A stretch of DNA of 64,000 nt from contig JAULAX010000002.1 in NCBI GenBank assembly GCA_032654565.1, positions 64,001 through 128,000 of the forward strand, written 5' to 3'. Positions 19,659 to 28,805 of the stretch are shown piece by piece. A program made the position numbers and the translations under genes. How positions within the stretch are numbered: position 1 is the stretch's first letter; each line of letters opens with the position of its first letter. The notes under the pieces were generated by a model. It ran no database searches. It worked only from the letters and a program-made list of their open reading frames with translations, and was not told the origin of the DNA. The DNA is from Anaeromyxobacteraceae bacterium (GTDB taxonomy: Bacteria > Myxococcota > Myxococcia > Myxococcales > Anaeromyxobacteraceae).

Positions 19659-20990
19659 ATGGTCACCCCTGCACGTCTCGCCGCCTCCGCCCTCCTCCTC
19701 GCCACGTCGCTGGTGGCCCGGGCGGACGTGATCGAGGCTTCCTCCACCACGCTGTCCTTCACGGGCCAGCAGCTGCGAGGAACCGCCGCCGGGCTGCAGC
19801 CCGACCTGGTCACCGTCTCCCCGGTCTTCGAGCTGATCCGGGTCTCGGCCCGCGAGGTGAGGAACCCGCTCTTCCAGGACCTGGAGATCAGCTTCTCCGG
19901 CTGGGGCGCCGGCGACCTCGCCGAGGTCCGCTGGGACGCCGGCACCACCGGGAAGCTGACCGGCGACGTCACCACCGCCTACGTGCGCGGCGCGCTGGCC
20001 AGCGGCAAGGTGCAGCTGCGCGCCGGCCGCGAGTTCGTGGCCGCCGGCGCCGGCCGCATGCTCCAGCTCGACGGCGGCGACGTCATCGTCCGGCTGCCCG
20101 CCGGGTTCTCCCTCTCGGCCTTCGGCGGGGCGCCGGTCGCCCAGCGCTTCGCCTCCCGCAGCGGGCTGACCAGCTGGAACCCGGCCGGAGGCGACCTGGC
20201 CTGGGGCGGGCGCTTCGGCTGGACGCTGGCCATCGCCGGGGCCTCGGGGCGGGTCTTCGACGTCGGCCTCTCGGTGGTCTCGGTCACCGACCACTCCGAC
20301 CCGGTCCGCCAGTACCTCGGCCTCGACTTCCGGCTCCAGCCCATCGAGCGGCTGGTGCTGGTCGGCAGCGCCGGCTACAGCCTCTACGCGCAGCGGCTGG
20401 CCGAGTTCAACGTCACCGCGCTGTTCACCGCCACCAAGGTGCTGGAGCTCAACCTCGACGTCCGGCACTACTCCCCCGACCTCTTCCTGGCGCGCAACTC
20501 CATCCTCTCGGTCTTCACCGACACCAACCGGACCGACGTGGGCGGCGGCGTCCGCCTCCACCTCCTCAAGACCCTGCTGCTCAGCGCCGACTACCACGTG
20601 CTGGTCGAGCCGGGCCTCGGGTCGGGGACCGAGACCGGCGGCGAGGCGGCCGGGCGCGTCGAGTGGGGGAGGGAGGGGACGGTGGCCGGCGGCGAGGTCA
20701 CCTACCTGAAGACCGGGGCCAGCGGCTACGTCGGCCTGCGCGCCTACGGGCGCAAGGCGCTCGGCAAGTTCTTCGTGGCCGGCGACCTGATGGAGGTGAG
20801 CTTCCGGCAGGCCGTCAACGGTGAGAAGAACTCGCTGACCGGGTCGCTCTCCTCCGGGTACCAGTTCAACAAGGCCTGGAGCCTGGTGGTGTCCGGCCGC
20901 GCCGGCGTCACCCCGTACTTCGAGCAGCAGGCCGACGCCATGGTCAAGCTGGTCTACAACACCGTGGTCCGCGTGCGGGAGGTGAAGTGA
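19659..20990 (+). CDS. Outer-membrane beta-barrel (porin-like) protein
   Basis: Signal peptide MVTPARLAASALLLATSLVARA; alternating amphipathic beta strands; coupled to a multiheme cytochrome gene. Confidence 0.75.
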   Translation: MVTPARLAASALLLATSLVARADVIEASSTTLSFTGQQLRGTAAGLQPDLVTVSPVFELIRVSAREVRNPLFQDLEISFSGWGAGDLAEVRWDAGTTGKLTGDVTTAYVRGALASGKVQLRAGREFVAAGAGRMLQLDGGDVIVRLPAGFSLSAFGGAPVAQRFASRSGLTSWNPAGGDLAWGGRFGWTLAIAGASGRVFDVGLSVVSVTDHSDPVRQYLGLDFRLQPIERLVLVGSAGYSLYAQRLAEFNVTALFTATKVLELNLDVRHYSPDLFLARNSILSVFTDTNRTDVGGGVRLHLLKTLLLSADYHVLVEPGLGSGTETGGEAAGRVEWGREGTVAGGEVTYLKTGASGYVGLRAYGRKALGKFFVAGDLMEVSFRQAVNGEKNSLTGSLSSGYQFNKAWSLVVSGRAGVTPYFEQQADAMVKLVYNTVVRVREVK

Positions 20991-22042
20991 TGAACCGCCA
21001 CCTGGGACTGGTGGTCGCGGCGGCGCTGCTGGCCGCCTGCTCCGCCAAGGACACCACGCCGGAGACGCGGCGCGACCCGCCCTTCGTCATGCCCCACAGC
21101 CCCCACGTCGAGGGGGACGTCGACTGCATGGAGTGCCACGCCTCGATCGCCAAGTCCAAGACGGTCGAGCCCCGGGTCCGCCACGTCCAGCTGCCCAGGA
21201 AGAGCGAGTCCTGCTCGGGCTGCCACGACGCCATGCCCAAGCTGCAGATCCCGCCCCGCACCCGCGACGGCGCCCTCAACTTCAACCACGCCGCCCACCT
21301 GGCCCGGCTCAAGGGCGAGAAGAACGCCTGCGTCCGCTGCCACGTGGCGCTGCCCGAGGCCAAGGACGTCTCCTACCCGGCCCCCTCGATGAACACCTGC
21401 ACCGGCTGCCACAACCACCAGGTGGAGTTCGTGGCCGCCAAGTGCCTGGGGTGCCACCAGGACCTGAAGCGGTACGAGAAGCCGGTGGAGTCCTTCAAGC
21501 ACGCCGGCGAGTTCCTCAAGCTGCACGGCGGGCTGGCCCGCGGCGGCGCCGAGAGCTGCGCCGCCTGCCACGAGCAGACCTTCTGCGCCGACTGCCACAG
21601 CCCCGCCACGGTGCCGGGCCGGCCGGCGCTGGTCTTTCCCGAGGACGTGAAGCGCGACTTCATCCACCGCGGCGACTACCAGGCGCGCCACATGGTGGAC
21701 GCCGAGGCCAACCCGGCCTCCTGCCGCAAGTGCCACGGCAGCAACTTCTGCGCCACCTGCCACGAGCAGCAGAACCTCATCCCCAACGCGGGATCGGCCA
21801 CCACCCGGATCACCCACCCCATCGGCTGGGGCACCGACAAGGGGAGCGGCCACTTCCACGGCGACGCCGCCCGCCGGAACATCGTCGCCTGCGCCGGCTG
21901 CCACGACCAGGGGGGCGCCTCCTCGGTCTGCGTGGCCTGCCACCGGTCCGGCGGCTTCGCCGGGGTCAGCCCGCACCCGAAGAGCTGGAAGAAGACCGAC
22001 GCCGACAAGTCGAAGAACGCCATGTGCGCGGCCTGCCACTGA
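20987..22042 (+). CDS. Multiheme c-type cytochrome lipoprotein (12 CXXCH)
   Basis: Lipobox LAAC; CMECH, CSGCH, CVRCH, CTGCH, CLGCH, CAACH, CADCH, CRKCH, CATCH, CAGCH, CVACH, CAACH; start GTG 20987 or ATG 20990. Confidence 0.95.
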   Translation: MMNRHLGLVVAAALLAACSAKDTTPETRRDPPFVMPHSPHVEGDVDCMECHASIAKSKTVEPRVRHVQLPRKSESCSGCHDAMPKLQIPPRTRDGALNFNHAAHLARLKGEKNACVRCHVALPEAKDVSYPAPSMNTCTGCHNHQVEFVAAKCLGCHQDLKRYEKPVESFKHAGEFLKLHGGLARGGAESCAACHEQTFCADCHSPATVPGRPALVFPEDVKRDFIHRGDYQARHMVDAEANPASCRKCHGSNFCATCHEQQNLIPNAGSATTRITHPIGWGTDKGSGHFHGDAARRNIVACAGCHDQGGASSVCVACHRSGGFAGVSPHPKSWKKTDADKSKNAMCAACH

Positions 22043-22043
22043 T

Positions 22044-22162
22044 CTAGTGCCCCGCCCCAGGCAAGATGCCTACTGCGAGAGCCGATCCTCTCGCTGCGGC
22101 AGGCGGCCTCGCTTCGGTCTCGGCTCTCTCGTCGCGTCATCTTGCCTGGGGCGGGGCACTAG
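22044..22162. mobile_element. MITE/REP-like element with perfect 25-bp terminal inverted repeats
   Basis: CTAGTGCCCCGCCCCAGGCAAGATG (22044-22068) and its exact reverse complement (22138-22162); inner stem GAGAGCCGA/TCGGCTCTC; CTAG at both ends. Confidence 0.65.
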
Positions 22163-22188
22163 CGGGAGCTCCCTCCTCGGAGCCCACG

Positions 22189-22229
22189 GGGGCCCGACCA
22201 CCGCGAGGTGGCCGGGCCTCTTTCCTTTC
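22189..22229 (+). terminator. Intrinsic terminator of the porin-cytochrome operon
   Basis: GGCCCG-a-CCACC-GCGA-GGTGG-c-CGGGCC stem with GNRA loop, followed by TCTTTCCTTT. Confidence 0.65.
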
Positions 22230-22270
22230 CAGGCCCGTGGGCGCCGGCGGTCCATTCCCGACGGTGTTCA

Positions 22271-22317
22271 TTTCATGATGAAACTCTATGCCGAAAGCTC
22301 GCGTTCCATCATGGAAC
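22271..22317. promoter_or_regulatory. Two related palindromes, probable HxlR-family operator sites
   Basis: TTTCAT-G-ATGAAA (22271-22283) and GTTCCAT-C-ATGGAAC (22303-22317) directly upstream of the regulator. Confidence 0.6.
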
Positions 22318-22333
22318 CCAGTAGCCTCCCGGC

Positions 22334-22891
22334 GTGAAGAAGACCCGCTTCGACCGCTGGCCCTGCCCGGTGGCCCGGGCCGTCGACCTGGTCGGCGACG
22401 CCTGGACGCTGCTCATCCTGCGCGAGGCCTTCTACGGCCTGCGACGCTTCGACCAGCTGGAGGCGGCGCTGGGGATCGGCCGGAACATCCTGGCCCGCCG
22501 GCTCGACCGGATGGTGGCGGAGGGGCTGCTGGAGAAGGTCCGCTACCAGGAGCGGCCGGTGCGCCATGAGTACCAGCTGCTCCCCCGCGGCCGCGCCCTC
22601 TTCCCGGTGCTGATGGCGCTGCACCGCTGGGGGAACGACTGGGCGGCCGGGCCGGAGGGGCCGCCGGTGACGCTGGTCGACCGCCGGACCGGACAGCCGG
22701 TACGACCGGTGCTGGTGGACGAGGCCACCGGCCTGGCGGTGACGCCGGAGCGGGTCCGGGCCCGGCCGGGGCCGGGCTTCCCCAGGGCGCTGCTGGCCGA
22801 CCAGCCGGTGCGGCGGCGCTTCCGGCTCGACGGTGAGTCCACCGACCCGGCCGGCGCCGGGGGCGAGCTGCGCCCCCCGACCTCTCGCTAG
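22334..22891 (+). CDS. HxlR-family winged-helix transcriptional regulator
   Basis: [41 protein letters not shown] motifs. Confidence 0.92.
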   Translation: MKKTRFDRWPCPVARAVDLVGDAWTLLILREAFYGLRRFDQLEAALGIGRNILARRLDRMVAEGLLEKVRYQERPVRHEYQLLPRGRALFPVLMALHRWGNDWAAGPEGPPVTLVDRRTGQPVRPVLVDEATGLAVTPERVRARPGPGFPRALLADQPVRRRFRLDGESTDPAGAGGELRPPTSR

Positions 22892-23820
22892 TCCCTGAGG
22901 AAGTGGCAGCTGTAGCCGCCGGGGTTCCGCTCCAGGTAGTCCTGATGCTCCGGCTCGGCCGGGTACCAGGTGGAGGCCGGGGCGATCTGCGTGACGATGG
23001 TCCCCTTCCACCGCCCCGAGCCCTGCACCCGCGCCTTGACCGCCTCGGCGGCCACCCGCTGCCGCTCGTCGGCGTAGAAGATGGCGCTCCGGTACTGCGT
23101 GCCGCGGTCGTTCCCCTGGCGGTCGGGCGTGGTCGGGTCGTGCATGCGGAAGAACCAACGCTCCAGCAGCTCCTCGAAGCCGAGGAGGCGGGGGTCGAAG
23201 ACCACCCGCACCGACTCGGCGTGGCCCGAGGCGCTGCCGTGGGTGTCGTGGTAGCGCGGGTTGGCGAGCCAGCCGCCGGTGTAGCCGGCCTCGGTCTCCA
23301 GCACGCCAGGGATCTTGCGCAGCAGGTCCTGCATGCCCCAGAAGCAGCCGCCCGCCAGCAGCGCCACCTCGCGCTCGGCGGGACCGAAGAGCGCGACGAA
23401 CGGGCCGTACCCCTCGGCCTCGAGCCGGTCCACCGGGATGAACCGCAGCGAGGCCGAGTTGATGCAGAAGCGCTGCCCGCCCCGGTCGCGGGGCCCGTCG
23501 TCGAAGAGGTGGCCGAGGTGCGAGTCGCCGGCCCTGGAGCGGACCTCGGTCCGGATCATCCCGTGGGCCTCGTCCCGCCTCGACACCACGTTGGCCGCCA
23601 CCGGCCGGGTGAAGCTGGGCCAGCCGGTGCCGGAGTCGAACTTGTCGGTGGAGGCGAAGAGCGGCTCGCCGGAGACCACGTCGACGTAGAGGCCGGGCTG
23701 GTGGTTGTTCCAGTAGGCGTTGCGGAAAGGCGGCTCGGTGCCGCACTGCTGGGTGACCCGGTACTGCTCCTCGCTGAGCGCGGTACGCAGGTCGGCGTCG
23801 GTGGGCTTCTGGGAGGCCAT
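22888..23820 (-). CDS. msrAB: Bifunctional methionine sulfoxide reductase (MsrB-MsrA fusion)
   Basis: Msr[27 protein letters not shown]; Msr[30 protein letters not shown]. Confidence 0.95.
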   Translation of the reverse strand: MASQKPTDADLRTALSEEQYRVTQQCGTEPPFRNAYWNNHQPGLYVDVVSGEPLFASTDKFDSGTGWPSFTRPVAANVVSRRDEAHGMIRTEVRSRAGDSHLGHLFDDGPRDRGGQRFCINSASLRFIPVDRLEAEGYGPFVALFGPAEREVALLAGGCFWGMQDLLRKIPGVLETEAGYTGGWLANPRYHDTHGSASGHAESVRVVFDPRLLGFEELLERWFFRMHDPTTPDRQGNDRGTQYRSAIFYADERQRVAAEAVKARVQGSGRWKGTIVTQIAPASTWYPAEPEHQDYLERNPGGYSCHFLRD

Positions 23821-23829
23821 GGCGCCGAT

Positions 23830-25260
23830 CTAACCGGCGCCACCCAGCCCCGCCAGCAGCAGGTCCCAGATCCCCCCGAAGGCCCCGTTGGACATGGCCA
23901 CCACCACGTCGCCGGGGCGGGCCGCCGCCGTCACCGCCGCCGCCAGCGCCTCGACGCCGGCGAAGGCCGCGGCCGGCGTGCCCCCGGCGGTGAGCGCGGC
24001 GCAGACGGCGTCGACGTCGAGCCGCTCCGCCTCCGGGACCTTGTCGGTGGGGGTGGGGCGGAGCAGGAAGACCCCGGCGGCGCCGCTCCAGCTGGCCGGG
24101 TCGGCGTAGTCGGCCTGGTGCAGGTTGCGCCGGCTGGTGTTGGAGCGCGGCTCGAAGCAGGCCAGCAGCCGCGCCCCCGGGAAGCTCCCGGCCACCGCCG
24201 CCAGCGTCTTCCTGACCGCGCGCGGGTGGTGGGCGAAGTCGTCGACCACGGTGACGCCGCCGGCCCGGCCGCGCACCTCCTGGCGCCGCTTCACGCCGCC
24301 GAAGGCGTTGAGCCCGGCCGCGATCTCGGCCGGCGAGAGCCCCAGCGCCGTGGCCGCCGCCGCCACCCCGAGGGCGTTCTCGACGTTGTGCGCCCCGCCC
24401 ACCGGGAGGTGGACGTCGGACAGCGCCACCCCCCGGCGCACCAGCGTGAAGCGGGCGCCGTCGGCGGCCAGCGACAGGCCGCGCGCCTCCCAGTCGGCGC
24501 CGGGCGCGTCGACGGCGTAGGTCTCGACGCGGCAGCGGGCCAGCGCGGCGATCCGCTTCACGCTCGGGTAGCTGGCGCAGGCGGCCAGGAAGCCGTCGGC
24601 GGGCAGCAGGGCGGCGAAGCGCTCGAAGGCCGCCTGGTAGTGGGCCTCGTCCCGGTAGATGTCGGCGTGGTCCAGCTCGCAGCTGGTGAAGATGGCGGTG
24701 CGCGGGTGGTAGTGGAGGAACTTGGGCCCCTTGTCGAAGTAGGCGGTGTCGTACTCGTCCCCCTCGACCACGAAGTGCGGGCCGGCGCCGAGCCGGAAGT
24801 TGGACTCGAAGTCGCGGGTGACGCCGCCCACCAGGAAGGAGGGATCGCGGCCGGCGTGGTGGAGCAGCCGGCCCATCATGGCGCTGGTGGTGGTCTTGCC
24901 GTGGGTGCCCACCACCACCACCCCGTGGCGCGGGGCGATGAAGCGCTCCCCCAGCGCCGCCGGGAAGGAGCGGTGCGGCAGCCCGCGGGCCCGCATCGCC
25001 GCCGCCTCGGGGTTGGCCTCGCGGATGACGTTGCCGACGATGACCAGGTCGGGGCGGGCCCGGTCGAGGTTCTCCGGTCGGTAGCCGCGCATGGCCTCGA
25101 TGCCCCAGCGCGCCAGCTGCGTCGACATGGGTGGGTAGAGCTCCTCGTCGGAGCCGGTCACCTGGTGGCCGGCGGCCTGCAGCATCCCGGCGAAGGAGCC
25201 CATGCCGGTGCCGCCCACGCCGATGAGGTGGACCCGCTTCACCCTGGACCAGTCGATCAC
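23830..25260 (-). CDS. mpl: Murein tripeptide ligase (Mpl, MurC-like)
   Basis: GVGGTGMG, YPPMS, GTHGKTTT, EGDEYDTAYFDK, GVKRRQE, DDFAHHP, EPRSNT, MSNGAFGGI. Confidence 0.9.
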   Translation of the reverse strand: MIDWSRVKRVHLIGVGGTGMGSFAGMLQAAGHQVTGSDEELYPPMSTQLARWGIEAMRGYRPENLDRARPDLVIVGNVIREANPEAAAMRARGLPHRSFPAALGERFIAPRHGVVVVGTHGKTTTSAMMGRLLHHAGRDPSFLVGGVTRDFESNFRLGAGPHFVVEGDEYDTAYFDKGPKFLHYHPRTAIFTSCELDHADIYRDEAHYQAAFERFAALLPADGFLAACASYPSVKRIAALARCRVETYAVDAPGADWEARGLSLAADGARFTLVRRGVALSDVHLPVGGAHNVENALGVAAAATALGLSPAEIAAGLNAFGGVKRRQEVRGRAGGVTVVDDFAHHPRAVRKTLAAVAGSFPGARLLACFEPRSNTSRRNLHQADYADPASWSGAAGVFLLRPTPTDKVPEAERLDVDAVCAALTAGGTPAAAFAGVEALAAAVTAAARPGDVVVAMSNGAFGGIWDLLLAGLGGAG

Positions 25261-25325
25261 GCCCGCTCCTCCGCGGGCCGGAGCTCCCCGGCCGCGCCGT
25301 GCAACCGGAACCTTCTACCACCGCA

Positions 25326-25454
25326 GGCCGGGTTCGTTCCTGCGTCGCGCCTGGTTCGCGCCGACCTGGGTCGCGCCTGGCCGCCGCCGGCCGGGTTCGT
25401 TCCGGGTTCGTTCCGGGGTCGCGCCTGGTTCGCGCCTGGCCGCCGCCGGCCGGC
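25326..25454. repeat. Cluster of short direct repeats upstream of mpl
   Basis: CCGGGTTCGTTCC x3 and TCGCGCCTGG x4, interleaved. Confidence 0.7.
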
Positions 25455-25562
25455 CCGCTCGCCGCGCCTGCGGCGCGCCTTCTCGCCAGCGGAGATTCCG
25501 CTCGGGCGAGCGGCCAGGGGCTGCGAAACTCGGGGCCGGGCCGGCGGCGACCCGGCGCTCCC

Positions 25563-25594
25563 GCGGCGCTCGACGCGGCGCTCGACGCGGCGCT
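25563..25594. repeat. 12-bp tandem repeat
   Basis: GCGGCGCTCGAC x2 plus a partial third copy. Confidence 0.7.
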
Positions 25595-25627
25595 TGCGTT
25601 CAGCGCGGCGCTTCGCGGATACACTTG

Positions 25628-26520
25628 GGGTGATTGACGCCTGCGGCTCCAAGCGGAGGGGCGCGGTCGCCCCGGCGGGCGAGTCGCGCAGCCCCATCCA
25701 CGCTCGCCCGAGCGGACCGGCCCCTGGCGAGCGGGCGCGCCGAAGGCGGGGCGAGCCCGCGGGGAGGCCGCGTCCCGCAGCGACCGGAGCCGCTCCGGGT
25801 GATGGAACCGTGCGGCTCCAAGCGGAGGGGCGCGGTCGCCCCGGCGGGCGAGTCGCGCAGCCCCATCCACGCTCGCCCGGGCGGACCGGCCCCTGGCGAG
25901 CGGGCGCGCCGAAGGCGGGGCGAGCCCGCGGGGAGGCCGCGTCCCGCAGCGACCGGAGCCGCTCCGGGTGATGGATGCATGCGGCTCGGAGCTGGGGCGC
26001 GGTCGCCCCGGCGGGCGAGTCGCGCAGCCCCATCCACGCTCGCCCGAGCGGACCGGCCCCTGGCGAGCGGGCGCGCCGCAGGCGGGGCGAGCCCGCGGGG
26101 AGGCCGCGTCCCGCAGCGACCGGCGCCGCCCGGGGTGATGGAACCGTGCGGCTCCAAGCGGAGGGGCGCGGTCGCCCCGGCGGGCGAGTCGCGCAGCCCC
26201 ATCCACGCTCGCCCGGGCGGACCGGCCCCTGGCGAGCGGGCGCGCCGCAGGCGGGGCGAGCCCGCGGGGAGGCCGCGTCCCGAAGCGACCGGAGCCGCTC
26301 CGGGTGATGGAACCGTGCGGCTCCAAGCGGAGGGGCGCGGTCGCCCCGGCGGGCGAGTCGCGCAGCCCCATCCGCGCTCGCCCAGGCGGACCGGCCCCTG
26401 GCGAGCGGGCGCGCCGCAGGCGGGGCGAGCCCGCGGGGAGGCCGCGTCCCGCAGCGACCGGAGCCGCCTGGGACGACGGACCCGTGCGTCCCGCAGCGAC
26501 GGGAGCCGTCCCATCACCCC
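25628..26520. repeat. Tandem array of five ~169-bp structured repeats plus a deleted sixth unit
   Basis: Units start at 25628, 25797, 25966, 26133, 26302 and 26471 (periods 169, 169, 167, 169, 169); near-identical; internal inverted repeats; array ends with CCATCACCCC, the reverse complement of the unit start. Confidence 0.95.
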
Positions 26521-27638
26521 GCCAGTCCAAGGTCCTGCGCCACCGCGTCGTGGAAGGAGCGACGCAGGCCGTTGATCCGGGCCCGGTCGCTGCCGGCCGG
26601 GTGGACGTGGTTGGTGAGCAGCACCGCCACCACTCCGGCGTCGAGGTCGAGCCAGAGCGAGCAGCCGGTGAAGCCGAGGTGGCCGAGGGCGCCGCGCCGC
26701 CCCCGCCCCAGCCACTGGCCCAGCGTCGAGGCCTCGGGGCCGCGGGTGTCCCAGCCGAGGGCGCGGCTGGAGCCGGGCGCGGCGTCGCGGGTGGCGAAGC
26801 GGCGGGCCGCCTCGGCCGGGACCGGCGAGGCGCGGCCGTCGAGGGCGTCGAGCCAGGCCTGGCCCACCGCGGCCACCTCGAGCGCGGTGGAGAAGAGGCC
26901 AGCGTGGCCGGCGGCGCCCCCCAGCGCCCAGGCGTTGTCGTCGTCCACCGTCCCCTGGCGCAGCCCGCGCGCCGCGTCGCGCCGGGTCGGGGCGAAGCAT
27001 CGCCCGGCGGCCCGCGCCAGCGAGGCGGGGTCGAGCGCGTCGACGAAGCCGGTGTCGCGCAGCCGGAGCGGCGCCGCCACCCTGGCCTCGAAGAGGTCCG
27101 GCAGGGGAGCCCCCAGCGCCGCCTCCAGGGCCAGGCCGAGCGCCATGAAGCCGGGGTCGGAGTAGACGGTCCGGGTGGCGGGGGGGGCCTCGAGCGGCTC
27201 GGCGAGCAGCGCCTCGATCACCGCGGCCCGGCGTCGCCGGGGATCCTGCTCGGCGGCGACCCGCTCGTGGTACGAGCGCCACCAGGGCAGGCCGCTCGCG
27301 TGGGCCAGCAGCTGGCGAACCGTCACCTCCCCCTTGCCGGCGGCGGCGAAGCCGGGGAGCCAGCGGGCCACCGGGGCGTCGAGCTCGAGCGCCCCCTCGG
27401 CCACCGCCTGGGCGCAGAGGGTGGTGGTGCAGAGCACCTTGGTGAGCGAGGCCACGTCGAAGAGATCGTCGGGGACGAGCAGCCTCGGGCCCGGCGCCGG
27501 CAGCTCGCCGGTGCAGCCGTGGTGGACCAGCGCCCCGCCGCGCAGCACCGCGGCGGTGAGGGCCGGGGCCACGCCCTCGGCCCGGCCGGCCTCCAGCGCC
27601 GCCGCCACGGCCGGGAGGCTGGGCGGCCCCCCGGTCAC
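26514..27638 (-). CDS. Serine hydrolase, beta-lactamase class C/PBP-like
   Basis: FDVASLTK (SxxK), LLAHASGL, YSD, GHAGLFST, GHLGFTG. Confidence 0.9.
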   Translation of the reverse strand: MTGGPPSLPAVAAALEAGRAEGVAPALTAAVLRGGALVHHGCTGELPAPGPRLLVPDDLFDVASLTKVLCTTTLCAQAVAEGALELDAPVARWLPGFAAAGKGEVTVRQLLAHASGLPWWRSYHERVAAEQDPRRRRAAVIEALLAEPLEAPPATRTVYSDPGFMALGLALEAALGAPLPDLFEARVAAPLRLRDTGFVDALDPASLARAAGRCFAPTRRDAARGLRQGTVDDDNAWALGGAAGHAGLFSTALEVAAVGQAWLDALDGRASPVPAEAARRFATRDAAPGSSRALGWDTRGPEASTLGQWLGRGRRGALGHLGFTGCSLWLDLDAGVVAVLLTNHVHPAGSDRARINGLRRSFHDAVAQDLGLAG

Positions 27639-28558
27639 TCGGTGGCCCCCTCGTCGAAGAGCAGGCGTGGGGGACCCGGCTGGCCGGGCGCGGGGGCCAC
27701 CAGCGTGGCGCGCGGCCCGAGCGGCAGGGCCAGGTTGCGGTCCTCATGGCCAGCGGGCAACCCCTCGATGGCCGGGACCCCAAGCGCTGCCACCAGCCGG
27801 CGCACCGTGGCCGACGCCTCGCCGTCGCCGCCGTCGCAGCCGGTCAGCTGCCCGACCGCCACGCCGGCCAGGCCATCGAGCGCGCCGCCGAGCCGCAGCT
27901 GGGTCAGCGTGCGGTCGAGCTTGTAGGGGGGCTCGCCGATGTCCTCGATGAAGAGGATGGCGCCGCGCAGCGAGGGGAGCCAGGGCGTGCCGCAGAGGGC
28001 GGCCAGCAAGGTCAGCGAGCCGCCCAGCAACGGGCCGGTGGCGCGGCCGGGTCGGATGGTGGCGGTGCCGGCGAGGCCGGGGGCGTCGGCGCCGGCGCGC
28101 GGGCCGAAGAGCAGGCCGGCCAGCTGGTCGACGGCGTCGGCGGGCGCCCGGCCCAGCTGCGTCACCACCGGACCGTGGACCGTGGCCAGCCCGGCGGCGT
28201 TGAGCGCGGCGTGGAGCGCCGTGATGTCGGAGAAGCCGACCACCAGCCTGGGGCGGGCCAGGAGCGGCGCCGGATCGATCGAGGGCAGGAGCCGCATGGT
28301 CCCGTAGCCGCCGCGCGCGCAGAAGATGGCCCGGGCCTCCGGGTCGGCCACCGCCTCGTCCCACTCCGCCAGCCGCCGCCGGTCGTCGCCGGCCAGGTAG
28401 CCTTGACGCGCGGTGATGTCGTCGCGGAAGCGCGGCCGCAGCCCGAGCCGGTCGCGCAGGACGGCCAGCCCGGCCTCGAAGGCCGGGAGGTCGAAGCCGC
28501 TCCCCGGGGCGATGATCCGGACCACGTCACCGGCGCGGAGCGGAGGAGGGCGGCGCAT
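27635..28558 (-). CDS. ldcA: LD-carboxypeptidase (peptidase S66)
   Basis: ARGGYG, GFSDIT (Ser), LFIED (Glu), AGH (His). Confidence 0.92.
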   Translation of the reverse strand: MRRPPPLRAGDVVRIIAPGSGFDLPAFEAGLAVLRDRLGLRPRFRDDITARQGYLAGDDRRRLAEWDEAVADPEARAIFCARGGYGTMRLLPSIDPAPLLARPRLVVGFSDITALHAALNAAGLATVHGPVVTQLGRAPADAVDQLAGLLFGPRAGADAPGLAGTATIRPGRATGPLLGGSLTLLAALCGTPWLPSLRGAILFIEDIGEPPYKLDRTLTQLRLGGALDGLAGVAVGQLTGCDGGDGEASATVRRLVAALGVPAIEGLPAGHEDRNLALPLGPRATLVAPAPGQPGPPRLLFDEGATE

Positions 28559-28805
28559 GGCGGCAGGATAGTCGCCGCCCATCCCCGGGTCGACTCCGCG
28601 GCCGCGCCCCGCCGCCCGGGGCCTGCGTCCGGCGCCGCGGTGGACCGGTGGCGGCCGCCCGGATGGCGCAGCGCGTCGTCGGGGTGCGCTTGGTGGCGCG
28701 GGCCCCTTTTGTTACCCTCATCGGTCCACTCGAAGTCTTCCAGGCGTGCACACCCGGCGCGACCACCGTCTCGAGCCCCCCACGAGAGCGACAGGAGTCC
28801 CCCCG

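Noticed and set aside
22888..23820. Selenocysteine recoding in MsrB/MsrA or TlpA
   Set aside because: Catalytic positions are ordinary Cys codons; no in-frame TGA at these sites
25628..26520. CRISPR array interpretation of the long repeats
   Set aside because: Repeat is about 160 bp with only a 7-nt variable slot that recurs identically; no unique spacers and no cas genes
22286..27926. Long ORFs crossing the repeat array (1414 aa, 727 aa, 313 aa, 258 aa)
   Set aside because: Arg/Pro/Gly/Ala-biased products, overlap real genes, and the 169-bp period shifts frame every unit; stop codons are simply rare at this GC
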